From the NCBI GenBank assembly GCA_020619395.1, contig GCA_020619395.1_4860.1: DNA of 64,000 bases; one strand, written 5' to 3'. The stretch is from a phage. The notes beneath the pieces were generated by a model, which saw only the letters and a program-made list of their open reading frames with translations, was not told the DNA's origin and made no database searches. Shown in pieces: positions 37,515-48,200 of the stretch. Both the position numbers and the translations under genes were made by a program. The first letter of the stretch is position 1, and every line of letters begins with the position of its first letter.

Positions 37515-38777
37515 ATGATGAGTAACGAGACCGATAAGAACGATCCGGGGTATGACCCGAATACCGACTACGACAATTCGTATCAAAACCCGAATAATAT
37601 CGATGCAGTACCATCGGTCGCCGACTACTTTGACCGTCGACTGTCCGATGCGAAACCCACCACGGCGTACAACGTTAATGATGAGTTATCGGGTTGGAAT
37701 GACCGTATCCGTCTTACGTTAGGTTTGGGTCTGGCTGCGCAGCGTGTGACCAACCCCTACATGGGGTTCAACCATATGATGGCGTCGAACCCGACGCCTG
37801 TTAACCGTGAGTACGGTGGCCTAACCTTCATTACCCGCCCTGACTTCAACTTGTGCTTTGACAACATTGCCAACTCGCGCAAGATGTCGAACATGGCTTC
37901 TCAGCCGAAATCGTCACTCGACTATTCCATTCTGGCAGCGTTAGACCCAGATTTTGAATTGGGGTTCTCTGATTCACCGATGGAAGATGGGCGAAGAAAG
38001 AACCGTTTGGGCACGCCATTCATGAAGGACATTATGTTTGACAATCTTCAGGCATTCATACCATTGCTGAGTACGCAGATGCTGAGCCTCTCGGGGATGC
38101 CTGACCAGTCTGTCGATAACTGGATGTCTGAAGAAGGTTTAATGCGCGAACAGTGGGGTATGGTTGACTCCACACATGAAATCAATAACCAGTACAGTAT
38201 GTCGATGTCGCTGAACAACCCATACGGCAACCCTATCATGCGAATGATGGGCGTGTGGCTGGAGTATATGTCCGGCATTAAGATGGGTAAGTTCAAACCG
38301 AAGATGCGTAACTCCATCCAACGCCGCATTGACTACCAGTCGAGGATGTACGGGTTTAAATACGACGCGCTCGGAAACATCACTCGTTTCTGGACAGCGT
38401 GTGTTTGTTGGCCGATGAACGATAACGCCGGTCAAATGGCGAATGTCGATAACACCAAGCCTCAATTAAATGACGACACCACAATTAACCTCAACTGGCA
38501 ATGTATCGGGGCGCGCTTCGATGACCCATTGTACATGGAGATGTTCAACTTGACGGTGTCTATGTTTAACCCGGATATGATGCCGCAACCAGGGAGTGTT
38601 GCAGCGGGTAACTTTATCCCGATTGCTGAAGACCAGCTTGTGCCGATTGCACCACAGCTACTACCGCTGTTCAACTACTACGGCTATCCGCACATCGACT
38701 CCCTGCGTCGTAAACTGACCTGGTATGTTTATCAGGCAGATTACCAATTCATCCTTAAACGAGCGGGCTTACTGTAA
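37515..38777 (+). CDS. hypothetical protein (420 aa)
   Basis: GGAG ribosome-binding site; stop overlaps the start of the next plus gene. Confidence 0.55.
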   Translation: MMSNETDKNDPGYDPNTDYDNSYQNPNNIDAVPSVADYFDRRLSDAKPTTAYNVNDELSGWNDRIRLTLGLGLAAQRVTNPYMGFNHMMASNPTPVNREYGGLTFITRPDFNLCFDNIANSRKMSNMASQPKSSLDYSILAALDPDFELGFSDSPMEDGRRKNRLGTPFMKDIMFDNLQAFIPLLSTQMLSLSGMPDQSVDNWMSEEGLMREQWGMVDSTHEINNQYSMSMSLNNPYGNPIMRMMGVWLEYMSGIKMGKFKPKMRNSIQRRIDYQSRMYGFKYDALGNITRFWTACVCWPMNDNAGQMANVDNTKPQLNDDTTINLNWQCIGARFDDPLYMEMFNLTVSMFNPDMMPQPGSVAAGNFIPIAEDQLVPIAPQLLPLFNYYGYPHIDSLRRKLTWYVYQADYQFILKRAGLL

Positions 38778-41737
38778 TGACTACGAAAACGTACGACGCA
38801 TTATCGAAAGACTTGCTGCTGATGGCACATAACCCATCGGCAATGCAGTCATTAATGCTGAACCAGCTCCAAGACGTGCAGGACGCCGACGGGCAAATCC
38901 TGCTACGTGACCCGACCGACCCGGTGGTCTACATGACCGAGGTCGGAATTACGATGGGCCACACTATTATCCAGGGCGATCGGGACACCATTCCGAAAAT
39001 GTTCCCCTCTATGGCACAAACTCACGATGATCTGTTCCGCCACATGTCTGACGTGGATTATGTCGATGTTTTTGCCCAGCCATCACAAGCGACCTTACTG
39101 TTGCTTCTAGATGTCGACTCTCTATTAGCGAAGGCGATGCCGTTAAACGTGGCAGGTATTCGTAAAGTCGTGATTCCACGGGATACCGTCTTTACTGTTT
39201 CAGGTTACAACTTTGCCATTCAGTATCCCATCGAAATTCGAGTGCTGCCGTATGGTACCGTTGATAATCCAGCCTTCCAGGTCTTGTGGATTACCGAAAC
39301 CCAGTCACCGATATCGCCCGTAACCACTAACGCGTTGGACTGGGAACTGACAAGTGTTCCTAGCACACCGTCGCAGATACTGGCTATCCGTATTCCGGTG
39401 ATGCAGTACAGTGTAAAGGACGAGAACGATACGTTGTTGGGGCAGAACACGTTTGTGATGACGCGCACGTTCACCAACAAGTTCTTCTACGCACGGGTGT
39501 GGAATAAACCGTCCAATTCAAACACCTGGACAGAAATCCACCACACGCACAGTCGTGACGTTTACGATCCAAACACGCCTACGGCGCTGATTCAAGTCGT
39601 TAACCAGTCCATTCGTTGTACGATACCGTCTATCTACATGGCGAAGAACCTGGTAAGTGGTGAAATCCGCATGGACGTATATACGACCATCGGGCCACTC
39701 GACCTCGACGTTTCTGCATTCCCGGCGGACGAGTACACCTTCTCATTGCGCGACTTGAACGGTGAATACGATGCGGGATACATCAACCCGTTAAAATCAT
39801 TCTCCATCAAAATGCTGGTTGCGGAAGAAGGCAGTTACGCCACCGGGGGCCGTACACAACTTTCGTTTGATGAGTTGCGTGACCGTGTGGTAAACAATGC
39901 AGTGGGGATTCGCAAACTGCCAGTAACAGAGAAGCAGTTAGAAGCCACGGTATCGGATTACGGCCTGACCTTGTCTAAGCCAAACGACTACGTAACTGGG
40001 CGTACTTACTTCCTGACTGCGCCGATGCCGGAGTCCACGTTATCTAAAGTGAGTTCCCCTATCGGGACCATCACCGCCCCGCTGTACTTTAGCTGGGATG
40101 AACTGGTGAAACTGCCGACGGTCCGTATTAACGGCAACCGTTTGACGATTGAGCCAGATACACTGTATCGCTTTACGGATACCAGTCTGCAAATCGATGC
40201 GGAGATGACCATCCTTGCGAAGACCATGCGTAAAGAAGATTTGGTTAACGCGGGTAACACTAACCGTTACCTGTTCACGCCGTTCCATTACGTGGTGGAC
40301 ATTAACAACAAATCTTGCGATGTTCGTATTTACCAACTCGATAAACCGCAGTTGAACTCAAAACGTTTCGTTAGCACCAACGTGACAACGGAGCTGAGTG
40401 TTGTCACTGCAGATTATCAGATTGAGAAAACGGCCGAAGGTTATATCCTGCGCACTGTGACTAAATCAGAACCGCCATACCAGGCGTTAAGTGATGACCA
40501 AGTCTTTGCGCAGATTTCCTTCTCGCCACGCAACGCAGACGGTAAGTTGGCGTACATCAACGGCACCTTAGTGGGTCGTCAAGGTTCGGAGCGTGTATGG
40601 GAATTCTTGTTGAAAACCAATCTCGATGTTGACCGTAACGATGAGTTGATTATCAACAACACCCGAATCACCACCGAAGTGGATGTGGACACACCTGCAC
40701 CGTTGTTAACCGAGTATAACGTGTTCTACGGCTGTACGGGTTACTACCCCGGTAATTACGAACGCGCTGAAATGGATACAATGATTGTACCGCCTGCGCG
40801 CGATGGTATTGGGATTACACATGAGATTTTCAAAATCGAGCTGGGTAAAGCCATGTCCTATTACTGGCGAAAAGCACGTGCAGTAACGGACAGCATCAAC
40901 TACGAATACTACCAGGAGGACGTTCTGGCGTATTGGGAAAAGGATGTTATTAAAACCAAAGACGATGGCGTAACACCTGAGTACACGTACGACCCTGATG
41001 CTGTTCCACCGTTGCAAATCACGTACCTGCATCGTAAAGGCGATCCGAAGATAGACCCGAAGACCGGTGAACAAGAAATCGCTCACCACATTGGGGAACA
41101 AATCTTCGACGGGAACGGTCAGCCTATTATTGCGAAGCCGCGCAGTATTAAGTTCCGTAGTGAAATGGCTGTATTCGATGCCCGTTATAAGTTCGCAACC
41201 TCGAAAGCGGTTAAAGCGTACCTTGATAGCGTGATTGACAATATCATCAACTACGTTACGGTGGTACTACCGAATCTGAAACCGCTGCTGTTGGAGCAAA
41301 CTGAAGGCTTCTTTGTTCCTATCACCACGATGGGTTATATCGATGTACGTACCGAAGACGGAGTTGTGTCACCGTTGCCTGCTGAAAACCAGTTCACTGT
41401 CAAATATTACCTCACGGCAGCGAACCGAGCAAACAGCGAGCTTCTGGCACAAATCCGGAAACGGACTTCGCAAGTCATTAACGACTATCTGTCAACACAT
41501 CTGACCGTTTCAGCAACCGAGATCGGTAATGCGTTACGCAATACGCTTAACGATGCCATTATCGGTGTTGAACTCGACGACATGGGGCCAGATAAAGACC
41601 TGCGACTGTTCACTGTCATTACCGAAGCAGCGCGAGCTACAATTGGTAAGAAACTCGATATTGAAGCCAACGGCGACATCGGTTTGAAAGATGACATCGT
41701 ACTGTCGTACAACCGTCACGATACCGAAAAAGAATAA
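38777..41737 (+). CDS. hypothetical large protein (986 aa), likely structural
   Basis: Long ORF translationally coupled to 37515..38777; followed by bidirectional terminator. Confidence 0.55.
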   Translation: MTTKTYDALSKDLLLMAHNPSAMQSLMLNQLQDVQDADGQILLRDPTDPVVYMTEVGITMGHTIIQGDRDTIPKMFPSMAQTHDDLFRHMSDVDYVDVFAQPSQATLLLLLDVDSLLAKAMPLNVAGIRKVVIPRDTVFTVSGYNFAIQYPIEIRVLPYGTVDNPAFQVLWITETQSPISPVTTNALDWELTSVPSTPSQILAIRIPVMQYSVKDENDTLLGQNTFVMTRTFTNKFFYARVWNKPSNSNTWTEIHHTHSRDVYDPNTPTALIQVVNQSIRCTIPSIYMAKNLVSGEIRMDVYTTIGPLDLDVSAFPADEYTFSLRDLNGEYDAGYINPLKSFSIKMLVAEEGSYATGGRTQLSFDELRDRVVNNAVGIRKLPVTEKQLEATVSDYGLTLSKPNDYVTGRTYFLTAPMPESTLSKVSSPIGTITAPLYFSWDELVKLPTVRINGNRLTIEPDTLYRFTDTSLQIDAEMTILAKTMRKEDLVNAGNTNRYLFTPFHYVVDINNKSCDVRIYQLDKPQLNSKRFVSTNVTTELSVVTADYQIEKTAEGYILRTVTKSEPPYQALSDDQVFAQISFSPRNADGKLAYINGTLVGRQGSERVWEFLLKTNLDVDRNDELIINNTRITTEVDVDTPAPLLTEYNVFYGCTGYYPGNYERAEMDTMIVPPARDGIGITHEIFKIELGKAMSYYWRKARAVTDSINYEYYQEDVLAYWEKDVIKTKDDGVTPEYTYDPDAVPPLQITYLHRKGDPKIDPKTGEQEIAHHIGEQIFDGNGQPIIAKPRSIKFRSEMAVFDARYKFATSKAVKAYLDSVIDNIINYVTVVLPNLKPLLLEQTEGFFVPITTMGYIDVRTEDGVVSPLPAENQFTVKYYLTAANRANSELLAQIRKRTSQVINDYLSTHLTVSATEIGNALRNTLNDAIIGVELDDMGPDKDLRLFTVITEAARATIGKKLDIEANGDIGLKDDIVLSYNRHDTEKE

Positions 41738-41744
41738 AAAGCAC

Positions 41745-41769
41745 TACCCTCTCCCGAAGGAGAGGGTAG
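41745..41769. terminator. bidirectional rho-independent terminator
   Basis: ctaccctctcc-cgaa-ggagagggtag hairpin with A-run/T-run flanks between convergent genes. Confidence 0.7.
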
Positions 41770-41778
41770 CCTTTTATT

Positions 41779-43512
41779 TTATTCGCCGTCAAGCATGTTT
41801 TTGCGATTATTACCTTTCACCAACGGGTTACGTTTGGCCAGGTTCAGTATCGTCTGCAGTGTAGCGGCAGCACCGCAACAACGACGCACCAACGACAGGT
41901 TACGACGCAAGCCGACGAAGAGGTCTTCATCACCGTCTGGGGAGAATAACACCATCGAGAGTTCACGACCGTCGGTGCGCAGACCAGAAGGTTGATTAAG
42001 CTCGTTCATAATGACTTCGCTAATCAGGTTAACGTATTCAGCGTTATCCTTGGTTGCTTTCTGGAACTGCTCCAACACTTTAATCGTGTTATTAACCGCC
42101 TTATCCAGTGCACTGTAACGGTTCAGGTTAGTCGCGGCGGTGTCGTTGGTAAAACCTTGTTTACCTAGCGTTACCACCACGGCCAGCAGCTCACGTTCGT
42201 CACCAACCGATAACGTGCCCGCTTGGCGCATTTGCTCTAAGCACTCGCGTCCCAAGAACGCCGATGCTTGTGCATTAACCAACACTTTACCAGGCACGAA
42301 GTCCACACCATCGTCATGACCCACTAAACCACGAACTTTGTTTTCTGGGATAACGACCAAAGGTGCAGTAGCGTATTCGAATCCTTTGCGGGAAACGTCG
42401 CTGATGATGAAGTTCATCGTGGTGTTCAGCTGCGCTAACGCCTGACCGAAAATAAGCGCGGTGTCGTGTGCTGCTTTGTTAACTTGCTTACCGTTGTGCG
42501 TGGTGGTTGAACCTTGCTGATTCTTAAAACCTTCGGCGACGCTTGGGTCAATCATCGCTTTAAAGGCACTCTGGAGCGAGCCAAAGTAACCGATAAGTTC
42601 GCTGGCAACATTCGACATCTGTTGGAAGTTCAACAGGTTCGGAATACGCACACCGGCTTCACGCGCAGACTTCGGCAATGCCTGCCAGGCTTTCTTACCC
42701 ACCTCAATCGGATAGATACCGTAAGTTACGTTGTGTTGTAACAGGGTATCTAACAGGTCGTGAATAACCTGCTGGCTCGATTGGCGTTTCTTAGTGTAAC
42801 CTTTGAACAATTCAGTGAACGGCGAACGACCCAGCGCGCTGCTCAAGTCATTCAGATACTCTTCCGCGTTCATGTTCGTAAACACTTCGTCGGCCATCGC
42901 GATAGCCAAGTTCAGGTTTTCCAGGTCACGACCTTTCAGACCCTTAGAGGCTTCGATGTATGCATCTTTCACTGCGCTGATTTTCAGCTGACCGATGATA
43001 GTGTTTTCGGTCTGGGAGAAACTCTCTGCTTTTTCGCCGACTTTCTCAGCGTAACCTTCGCCGTCGAATTCGCCATTACCAGCAAACCCGTTACCGTTGC
43101 TGATAATCCAACCGATGATTTTGATAATCGCGGTCATGATTAACACAACCAATCCCACTTTACCTGCATTTGCCCAGGATTCGAGCGCAACAATAGTCTC
43201 TTTCTGGTGCGTGCGGGTATAGTTAGAGGTCAGGATTTTGCGGACAGCTTCGGGAATTGTGCCTGGGCGAGAAGATTCAACAGCGACAGCGACATCTTTC
43301 GATAGGCCAGCGCGTCGCACCTCATCAAGAATCGCGTCGATTTGCAGAATCAGTCGAGAGCCGTAGATTAAGTCGGCTTCGTTGCGTTGCATGTACAGAT
43401 TGAGCTGGTTGACAGAATCAATACGCTCGGCCATACGTGAACGCAGGACTTCACCGATCTCCCCCAAACGCCATTTGGGGTGGGTGGCGTTACCTGTCAT
43501 TTCCATGCTCAT
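41779..43512 (-). CDS. hypothetical protein (577 aa) with one hydrophobic segment
   Basis: ORF; segment GKVGLVVLIMTAIIKIIGWII is transmembrane-like. Confidence 0.55.
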   Translation of the reverse strand: MSMEMTGNATHPKWRLGEIGEVLRSRMAERIDSVNQLNLYMQRNEADLIYGSRLILQIDAILDEVRRAGLSKDVAVAVESSRPGTIPEAVRKILTSNYTRTHQKETIVALESWANAGKVGLVVLIMTAIIKIIGWIISNGNGFAGNGEFDGEGYAEKVGEKAESFSQTENTIIGQLKISAVKDAYIEASKGLKGRDLENLNLAIAMADEVFTNMNAEEYLNDLSSALGRSPFTELFKGYTKKRQSSQQVIHDLLDTLLQHNVTYGIYPIEVGKKAWQALPKSAREAGVRIPNLLNFQQMSNVASELIGYFGSLQSAFKAMIDPSVAEGFKNQQGSTTTHNGKQVNKAAHDTALIFGQALAQLNTTMNFIISDVSRKGFEYATAPLVVIPENKVRGLVGHDDGVDFVPGKVLVNAQASAFLGRECLEQMRQAGTLSVGDERELLAVVVTLGKQGFTNDTAATNLNRYSALDKAVNNTIKVLEQFQKATKDNAEYVNLISEVIMNELNQPSGLRTDGRELSMVLFSPDGDEDLFVGLRRNLSLVRRCCGAAATLQTILNLAKRNPLVKGNNRKNMLDGE

Positions 43513-43952
43513 GAAATCTGCCCTTTCAGTTCTGCCATGTAGAAACCAACCACTTCCATAAAGCGGCTAATCCACAGACCGACGGTTTCCCAGATATCTT
43601 CCCCGAGTGCCTGGTTGAAAATCTCACGAACTGAGAAACTTTCCAGAGCTTTAGCGCCGCCATACACGTTGCAGTAACGATTGCAGTACAGACCCACGGT
43701 CATGTCCTCAATCACGCCTAAATCAACACAGTACAGCTCGTTAACGTCAGAGACGATGTTACGCATTACCGGACGTAAAAACGTCCCAGCGGCCTCTGCA
43801 GCGCCATATTGGCCATTGTCAGCCAATACCGCGTTATACGCCAGTGAGAAAGCAACCAGACCGGTCAAAGCACGCTGGGCGTGTACACCTTTCCCTTCGT
43901 TGGTACGTTTGAAATCCAGTACCAGGTTATTTAAAGAAACTTTATGCGTCAT
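43509..43952 (-). CDS. hypothetical protein (147 aa)
   Basis: ORF overlapping downstream gene by 4 nt. Confidence 0.5.
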   Translation of the reverse strand: MTHKVSLNNLVLDFKRTNEGKGVHAQRALTGLVAFSLAYNAVLADNGQYGAAEAAGTFLRPVMRNIVSDVNELYCVDLGVIEDMTVGLYCNRYCNVYGGAKALESFSVREIFNQALGEDIWETVGLWISRFMEVVGFYMAELKGQIS

Positions 43953-43967
43953 GTTAAGTACCCTTAC

Positions 43968-44405
43968 TTAAGAAACGGTAAGACCGGCTTCTTTGATGTG
44001 GTTGTGAATCGTGTCGAAGTAGACTTCTTCGTAGTCTGTCACGCCACGTGTGTAATATTCGGGGGAACCTTCGTAGGCTTGCTGCCAGGGTTCGGAGCAT
44101 TTACTAGGATCAATCCGATACAGATGCAAGCTGTCCTGCATCGAAATATTGTTCCAGTAACCGTTCGATTTCAACAATAGCTCGTTGCCGCGCTGTTGTA
44201 CGCGTACGGAAGCGATAGGCTGCCCCGGTGCCGATGAACGATTAGTTCGACAGGCATACTCGATGCCCGCTTTAACCGCCTCTGCGCGCGTCGCATACGC
44301 TTCGAGGGTCGGTGTGTCAGTTCCAATACGGTCACCGTATAAGTCACGGTCAATCTGACTGGCTGACAGCACCTTCCAGTGGTACGGCAGCATCACCCAC
44401 AACAC
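43968..44405 (-). CDS. hypothetical protein (about 141-145 aa)
   Basis: GTG at 44405 or ATG at 44393; no clear ribosome-binding site. Confidence 0.4.
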   Translation of the reverse strand: MLWVMLPYHWKVLSASQIDRDLYGDRIGTDTPTLEAYATRAEAVKAGIEYACRTNRSSAPGQPIASVRVQQRGNELLLKSNGYWNNISMQDSLHLYRIDPSKCSEPWQQAYEGSPEYYTRGVTDYEEVYFDTIHNHIKEAGLTVS

Positions 44406-44431
44406 GCGAGGTGATGTGGACGAAGATTCCC

Positions 44432-45781
44432 CTACGACTTTACCGTGGCGAGCTTCGCAGAAGCCACACGCAGGTCATTAGAAAGATAACGCTCCATCGT
44501 ACGCTGATAATCCACACCAGCGCGCTCACGGCGACCGCCAGGGGTCAGCGTTTTCATGATGAAGCTAAAGACGTTGTCTTTGTCTTTCACGGTTTTCAGT
44601 AATTCGTCGATAGACGCAATGCCCTGCAGAATACGTTTACGATGTTCGTTCGCTTCTTTCGTGGTGCTACCTTTTAAGGTGTTCAGCTCTTCCACTAAGT
44701 TACGACGCATCGTCTCAAAACGTTCCTGCGGCGGATCGTAGATGGTGTTGCGTGGGTCGTTCACAATCAGACCGAACGCCACCGAGATAGTCGTGAAGAA
44801 CAGGCCAACTGGATTAGTCGAAGCCACAATCAGCAGCGAAACGTTAAGCATTTCCAGCATCAGATGCACACCGTAGTTCATGTACGACGCGTTCCGGCAG
44901 AGATAGAATTGGGACGTTTCGATTTTGTACAGGGCTGACGCCAGGTACGGGGCTGCACCAAAACGAGCTGCGAAGTCATCTGCAGCACGTTCCCAGGTAC
45001 GGTTAGCGAACCCTTCCGAACCGGTAACAAACGGACGCTCAAGCAGAATGTCCGTCACCAGATGCATGTAGATGTTCTCTTTAGACATCTCTTTGCAGAT
45101 AGTTTCCGGCTGATTCACTTTGGTGTTCAGCATACGTTCAACGTCTTTTACGACTTTCAAACGCACTGTCGGGTCTTCGGTTTGCATCATGCGGTTCGCT
45201 GCAGCATCCGCAATCAGGTTCGTTACCACCGTACGCATCAAGGTACGGAAATAGTAATAGACGTGGCCGACTTCATGTAGAATAATCGCCGCGACTTCTA
45301 AATCCGTTAAGTCGATACTGGTCAGTAGTTTCGGGGTCAGCCAAAGTGGGGACGGCACCTTGCTGAGTTCGCCTGAAAGCTTCGCATTTTTATCGTCGAA
45401 CTCGCCGTTCAGTTCGTTCTCTTTTAAGAACTTACTGTAGACATCCAGGTCGGTGTTACCCTGCACCATTTTGCGTTGCAGGTCGGCGATAATTGGGTTG
45501 TTCGCGTCGAGCTTCGGTGGCTCCACACCCGCAAACACAACGTCCGCCACACCTAAGTCGGACCCGTTACGAGGCAGGACTGTAATACCGTTGTTGTCAA
45601 AGACCCAGGCAGCAATACCAGAACTCTGATAACCCGCTGGCGAGAAATCGCCCGCATCACGGAACTTACGTACCACTTCCGCCAAAGAGGCGAGTTTCTT
45701 TTTATCTTGGAATCCGATGGACTCCGAGGCCACGGCTTTCGCGTCGGCCAACGAGGTTATGTGCTTTTGCCAGTGTCCCAT
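44432..45781 (-). CDS. putative membrane-associated Zn metalloprotease (HExxH)
   Basis: LHEVGH (HExxH) followed by hydrophobic stretches (LLIVASTNPVGLFFTTISVAFGLIV), reminiscent of M48/HtpX-like peptidases. Confidence 0.4.
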   Translation of the reverse strand: MGHWQKHITSLADAKAVASESIGFQDKKKLASLAEVVRKFRDAGDFSPAGYQSSGIAAWVFDNNGITVLPRNGSDLGVADVVFAGVEPPKLDANNPIIADLQRKMVQGNTDLDVYSKFLKENELNGEFDDKNAKLSGELSKVPSPLWLTPKLLTSIDLTDLEVAAIILHEVGHVYYYFRTLMRTVVTNLIADAAANRMMQTEDPTVRLKVVKDVERMLNTKVNQPETICKEMSKENIYMHLVTDILLERPFVTGSEGFANRTWERAADDFAARFGAAPYLASALYKIETSQFYLCRNASYMNYGVHLMLEMLNVSLLIVASTNPVGLFFTTISVAFGLIVNDPRNTIYDPPQERFETMRRNLVEELNTLKGSTTKEANEHRKRILQGIASIDELLKTVKDKDNVFSFIMKTLTPGGRRERAGVDYQRTMERYLSNDLRVASAKLATVKS

Positions 45782-45851
45782 TTAGACGTTCCTTTTAGAA
45801 AATACGTTACCCACAAATCAGTATAGCAGACACCATATTTGAGAGTAGACC

Positions 45852-47636
45852 ATGGAAATCAATACCTATTACGCACCCGAGGATGTCATCGCTAAAGAGT
45901 GCAAGCACGTCGCTTATGCGACGGACGAAGAAAAAGAAAATGACTTTGTCCTCATCAAAGAGGTCATCCATACTAAGGATGGCAGGCTTATCCCGCGCTT
46001 GGTAATGCGTGAGAATTTAAAGCGTCCGGTGTACGTTACCCGTGAAGAATATCGTAACCACCAGGAGAAAAAAGAGTTCGAAGAAAAAGGAAAATGTCAA
46101 GAACTCTGGACCACCGATGCACAAATGGCGAAGACGTTGCAGATGGGTTTAGGTGCACGTTTCCCTGACCCGAAAAAGAACCTGCGTCGTGTCTGTACTA
46201 GCCCGTACGTTTATTGGGCCGACTTACCGATTACCAGCTGGATTAAACAGAAATACTTAAAGCGCTGGCCGAACAATATCAGTCCTAACCGTCTTTGCGT
46301 ATACGACGTGGAGACTAACGAAATGGACGGCACGAAGGAACCGTGGATCGTGTCATTTATCTTAGACGACGAAATCCATTTCTTTGGTGCTAAGAACTAC
46401 ATGGACCGCATCGGTAAAAACGCGGAAGAAGTCATTCTCAAAAAAGCGCAGGAACTCTTAAGCAAAATCGAATTCGATGAGAAAGACAAAAAGACTGGCG
46501 AAAAGGTGACAAAGACCAAAGACATTATCAGTGGTTATAAAATCTTCACCTATACCTGCGCTACGGCAGGGCAGTGCATCGTCAGGATGTTCGAAGAGAT
46601 TCATCCGCGTCTTCCTGATTTGCTGGTCGCATGGAACCACCAGTTCGATATTTCACGCATGTTGGAAACCTTGCAGAAAGAAGGTATCGATCCACTGGGC
46701 GTCTTTAACCATCCGGATGTGCCGGAGAAATACCGTCGTCTGTGGTTTAAAGAAGACCAGGCGAACAAAAAGACGGAATCCAAGTCACTCACCAAAGCAC
46801 CGTCACAACAGTGGCACGTACTCTACTGTACTGCGTCTTTCTACTGTGTGGATGCCATGGTGTTATTCCGTTCGTTGCGTGTCCACGAAGGGCAACGTCC
46901 TTCGTACAAGTTATCTGCCATACTGTACACCGAACTCGGTTTACACAAACTCGACATTCCTGGACTGCCGTATGAAGATAACCTGCAATGGCACATAAAA
47001 GCACAACGGGACTACCCTGCCGAATATGCCGTATACAACATGATGGATAACTTGTTAATCGTGTTGTTGGATAAGAAGACGAACGACTTGTCTTCGGCAA
47101 TATCCATTCTGGCAGGTTTCTCGATGTACGATATCTTCCCGTCGCTACCAAAACGTATCTGCGTGGCCTTTACCTATTATCTGTATGACAAAGGATACGT
47201 CATCGGTTCCGTAGGGTCTGCAATGCGTAACGATTACGATGAAGAAGTTATCGGTACGGACGGTTGGATTGTTACCCTGACAGCATGTATGAATGCTGAG
47301 AACGGTCTGAACAACATTCTGGAGGAGATTGACGAATATTACTCTGCGTTCCGTGGACAAACTGCGGATGCGGACTTAACCCAGGCCTACCCTTCGGCCA
47401 CAAACATGATGAACCAGTCTCGTGAGACCACACTCATCGAACTACTGTCCATCAATGGGGTTAGTGAAGAGATTCGACGTCGCACGGGCGTCAACTTAAC
47501 TGCTGGGCGAGTTAATGCCATGGAAATAGCGACAGACTTCTTCTGCTTACCGGACAAAGACACTGTCCTGTCCACGTTCTTACGTAAGCAAGGGGAAGTA
47601 GTGACAGAGCCTATGGAGTACATCTGCGGGTTCTAA
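45852..47636 (+). CDS. family-B DNA polymerase fragment: 3'-5' exonuclease domain plus palm motif A
   Basis: Exo I YDVETNE; Exo II WNHQFD; Exo III YNMMD; motif A DLTQAYPSA (D-x-x-x-x-Y-P-S); ORF ends before motifs B/C (K-x3-NS-x-YG, DTD). Confidence 0.75.
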   Translation: MEINTYYAPEDVIAKECKHVAYATDEEKENDFVLIKEVIHTKDGRLIPRLVMRENLKRPVYVTREEYRNHQEKKEFEEKGKCQELWTTDAQMAKTLQMGLGARFPDPKKNLRRVCTSPYVYWADLPITSWIKQKYLKRWPNNISPNRLCVYDVETNEMDGTKEPWIVSFILDDEIHFFGAKNYMDRIGKNAEEVILKKAQELLSKIEFDEKDKKTGEKVTKTKDIISGYKIFTYTCATAGQCIVRMFEEIHPRLPDLLVAWNHQFDISRMLETLQKEGIDPLGVFNHPDVPEKYRRLWFKEDQANKKTESKSLTKAPSQQWHVLYCTASFYCVDAMVLFRSLRVHEGQRPSYKLSAILYTELGLHKLDIPGLPYEDNLQWHIKAQRDYPAEYAVYNMMDNLLIVLLDKKTNDLSSAISILAGFSMYDIFPSLPKRICVAFTYYLYDKGYVIGSVGSAMRNDYDEEVIGTDGWIVTLTACMNAENGLNNILEEIDEYYSAFRGQTADADLTQAYPSATNMMNQSRETTLIELLSINGVSEEIRRRTGVNLTAGRVNAMEIATDFFCLPDKDTVLSTFLRKQGEVVTEPMEYICGF

Positions 47637-47653
47637 AACAAAAAAAAGAAAGG

Positions 47654-47678
47654 CCTCTCTACCCTAGGGTAGAGAGGT
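47654..47678. terminator. bidirectional rho-independent terminator
   Basis: cctctctaccc-tag-ggtagagagg hairpin with A-run/T-run flanks between convergent genes. Confidence 0.7.
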
Positions 47679-47686
47679 ACTTTTAT

Positions 47687-48187
47687 TTAACCGCCAAAGG
47701 CGTGCATAACCAGCGAACGCAGGTCCGGGTCGTTCAGGCGACGAGCCAGACGGTCAACATCGTTGGTATCACGGAAACGGCCTTTATCGGCGCAACGTGC
47801 GTAACGAATCAGCATGTTAATAAAGATAACGAAGACTTCACGCTCGTCACGATTCGGGAAGTTCTCACTGATACGGTTATTAGCAGCCGGTGCGTAGAAA
47901 ATACCGTTACGGTGCTTATTAGCCGCTTCTACAAAGGCGTAGAAACCGTCCAGGAAGGCCTGACCGCGCAGTTTAAACAGCTCACGGAAAGAGTGATGCA
48001 GCTTATTATACGCATCTTTCTCAGCCTGGGTACCAGATGCTTTACGTGGGCCGGCATTGTTACCTGCTTCATCGAGCATCGTGGTGATCAGTTTAACACG
48101 ATATTGGTCGTCGTTGCTGTAAGAAGCGCTATCACGGACCACGCCTTCTGTACGCGGGTCAAGGGTAGTAGTGTCTTTCTTAGTCAT
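47687..48187 (-). CDS. hypothetical protein (about 166 aa)
   Basis: Start set to ATG 48187 with AAGGA ribosome-binding site; track start 48262 would overlap the upstream gene by 62 nt. Confidence 0.5.
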   Translation of the reverse strand: MTKKDTTTLDPRTEGVVRDSASYSNDDQYRVKLITTMLDEAGNNAGPRKASGTQAEKDAYNKLHHSFRELFKLRGQAFLDGFYAFVEAANKHRNGIFYAPAANNRISENFPNRDEREVFVIFINMLIRYARCADKGRFRDTNDVDRLARRLNDPDLRSLVMHAFGG

Positions 48188-48200
48188 GAGGAAACAATCC

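Noticed and set aside
44393-44434. Possible frameshift joining 44432..45781 and 43968..44405 into one gene
   Set aside because: The ORFs are in different frames with a clean stop and no slippery sequence; more simply explained as two genes, though the start of the downstream one is uncertain.
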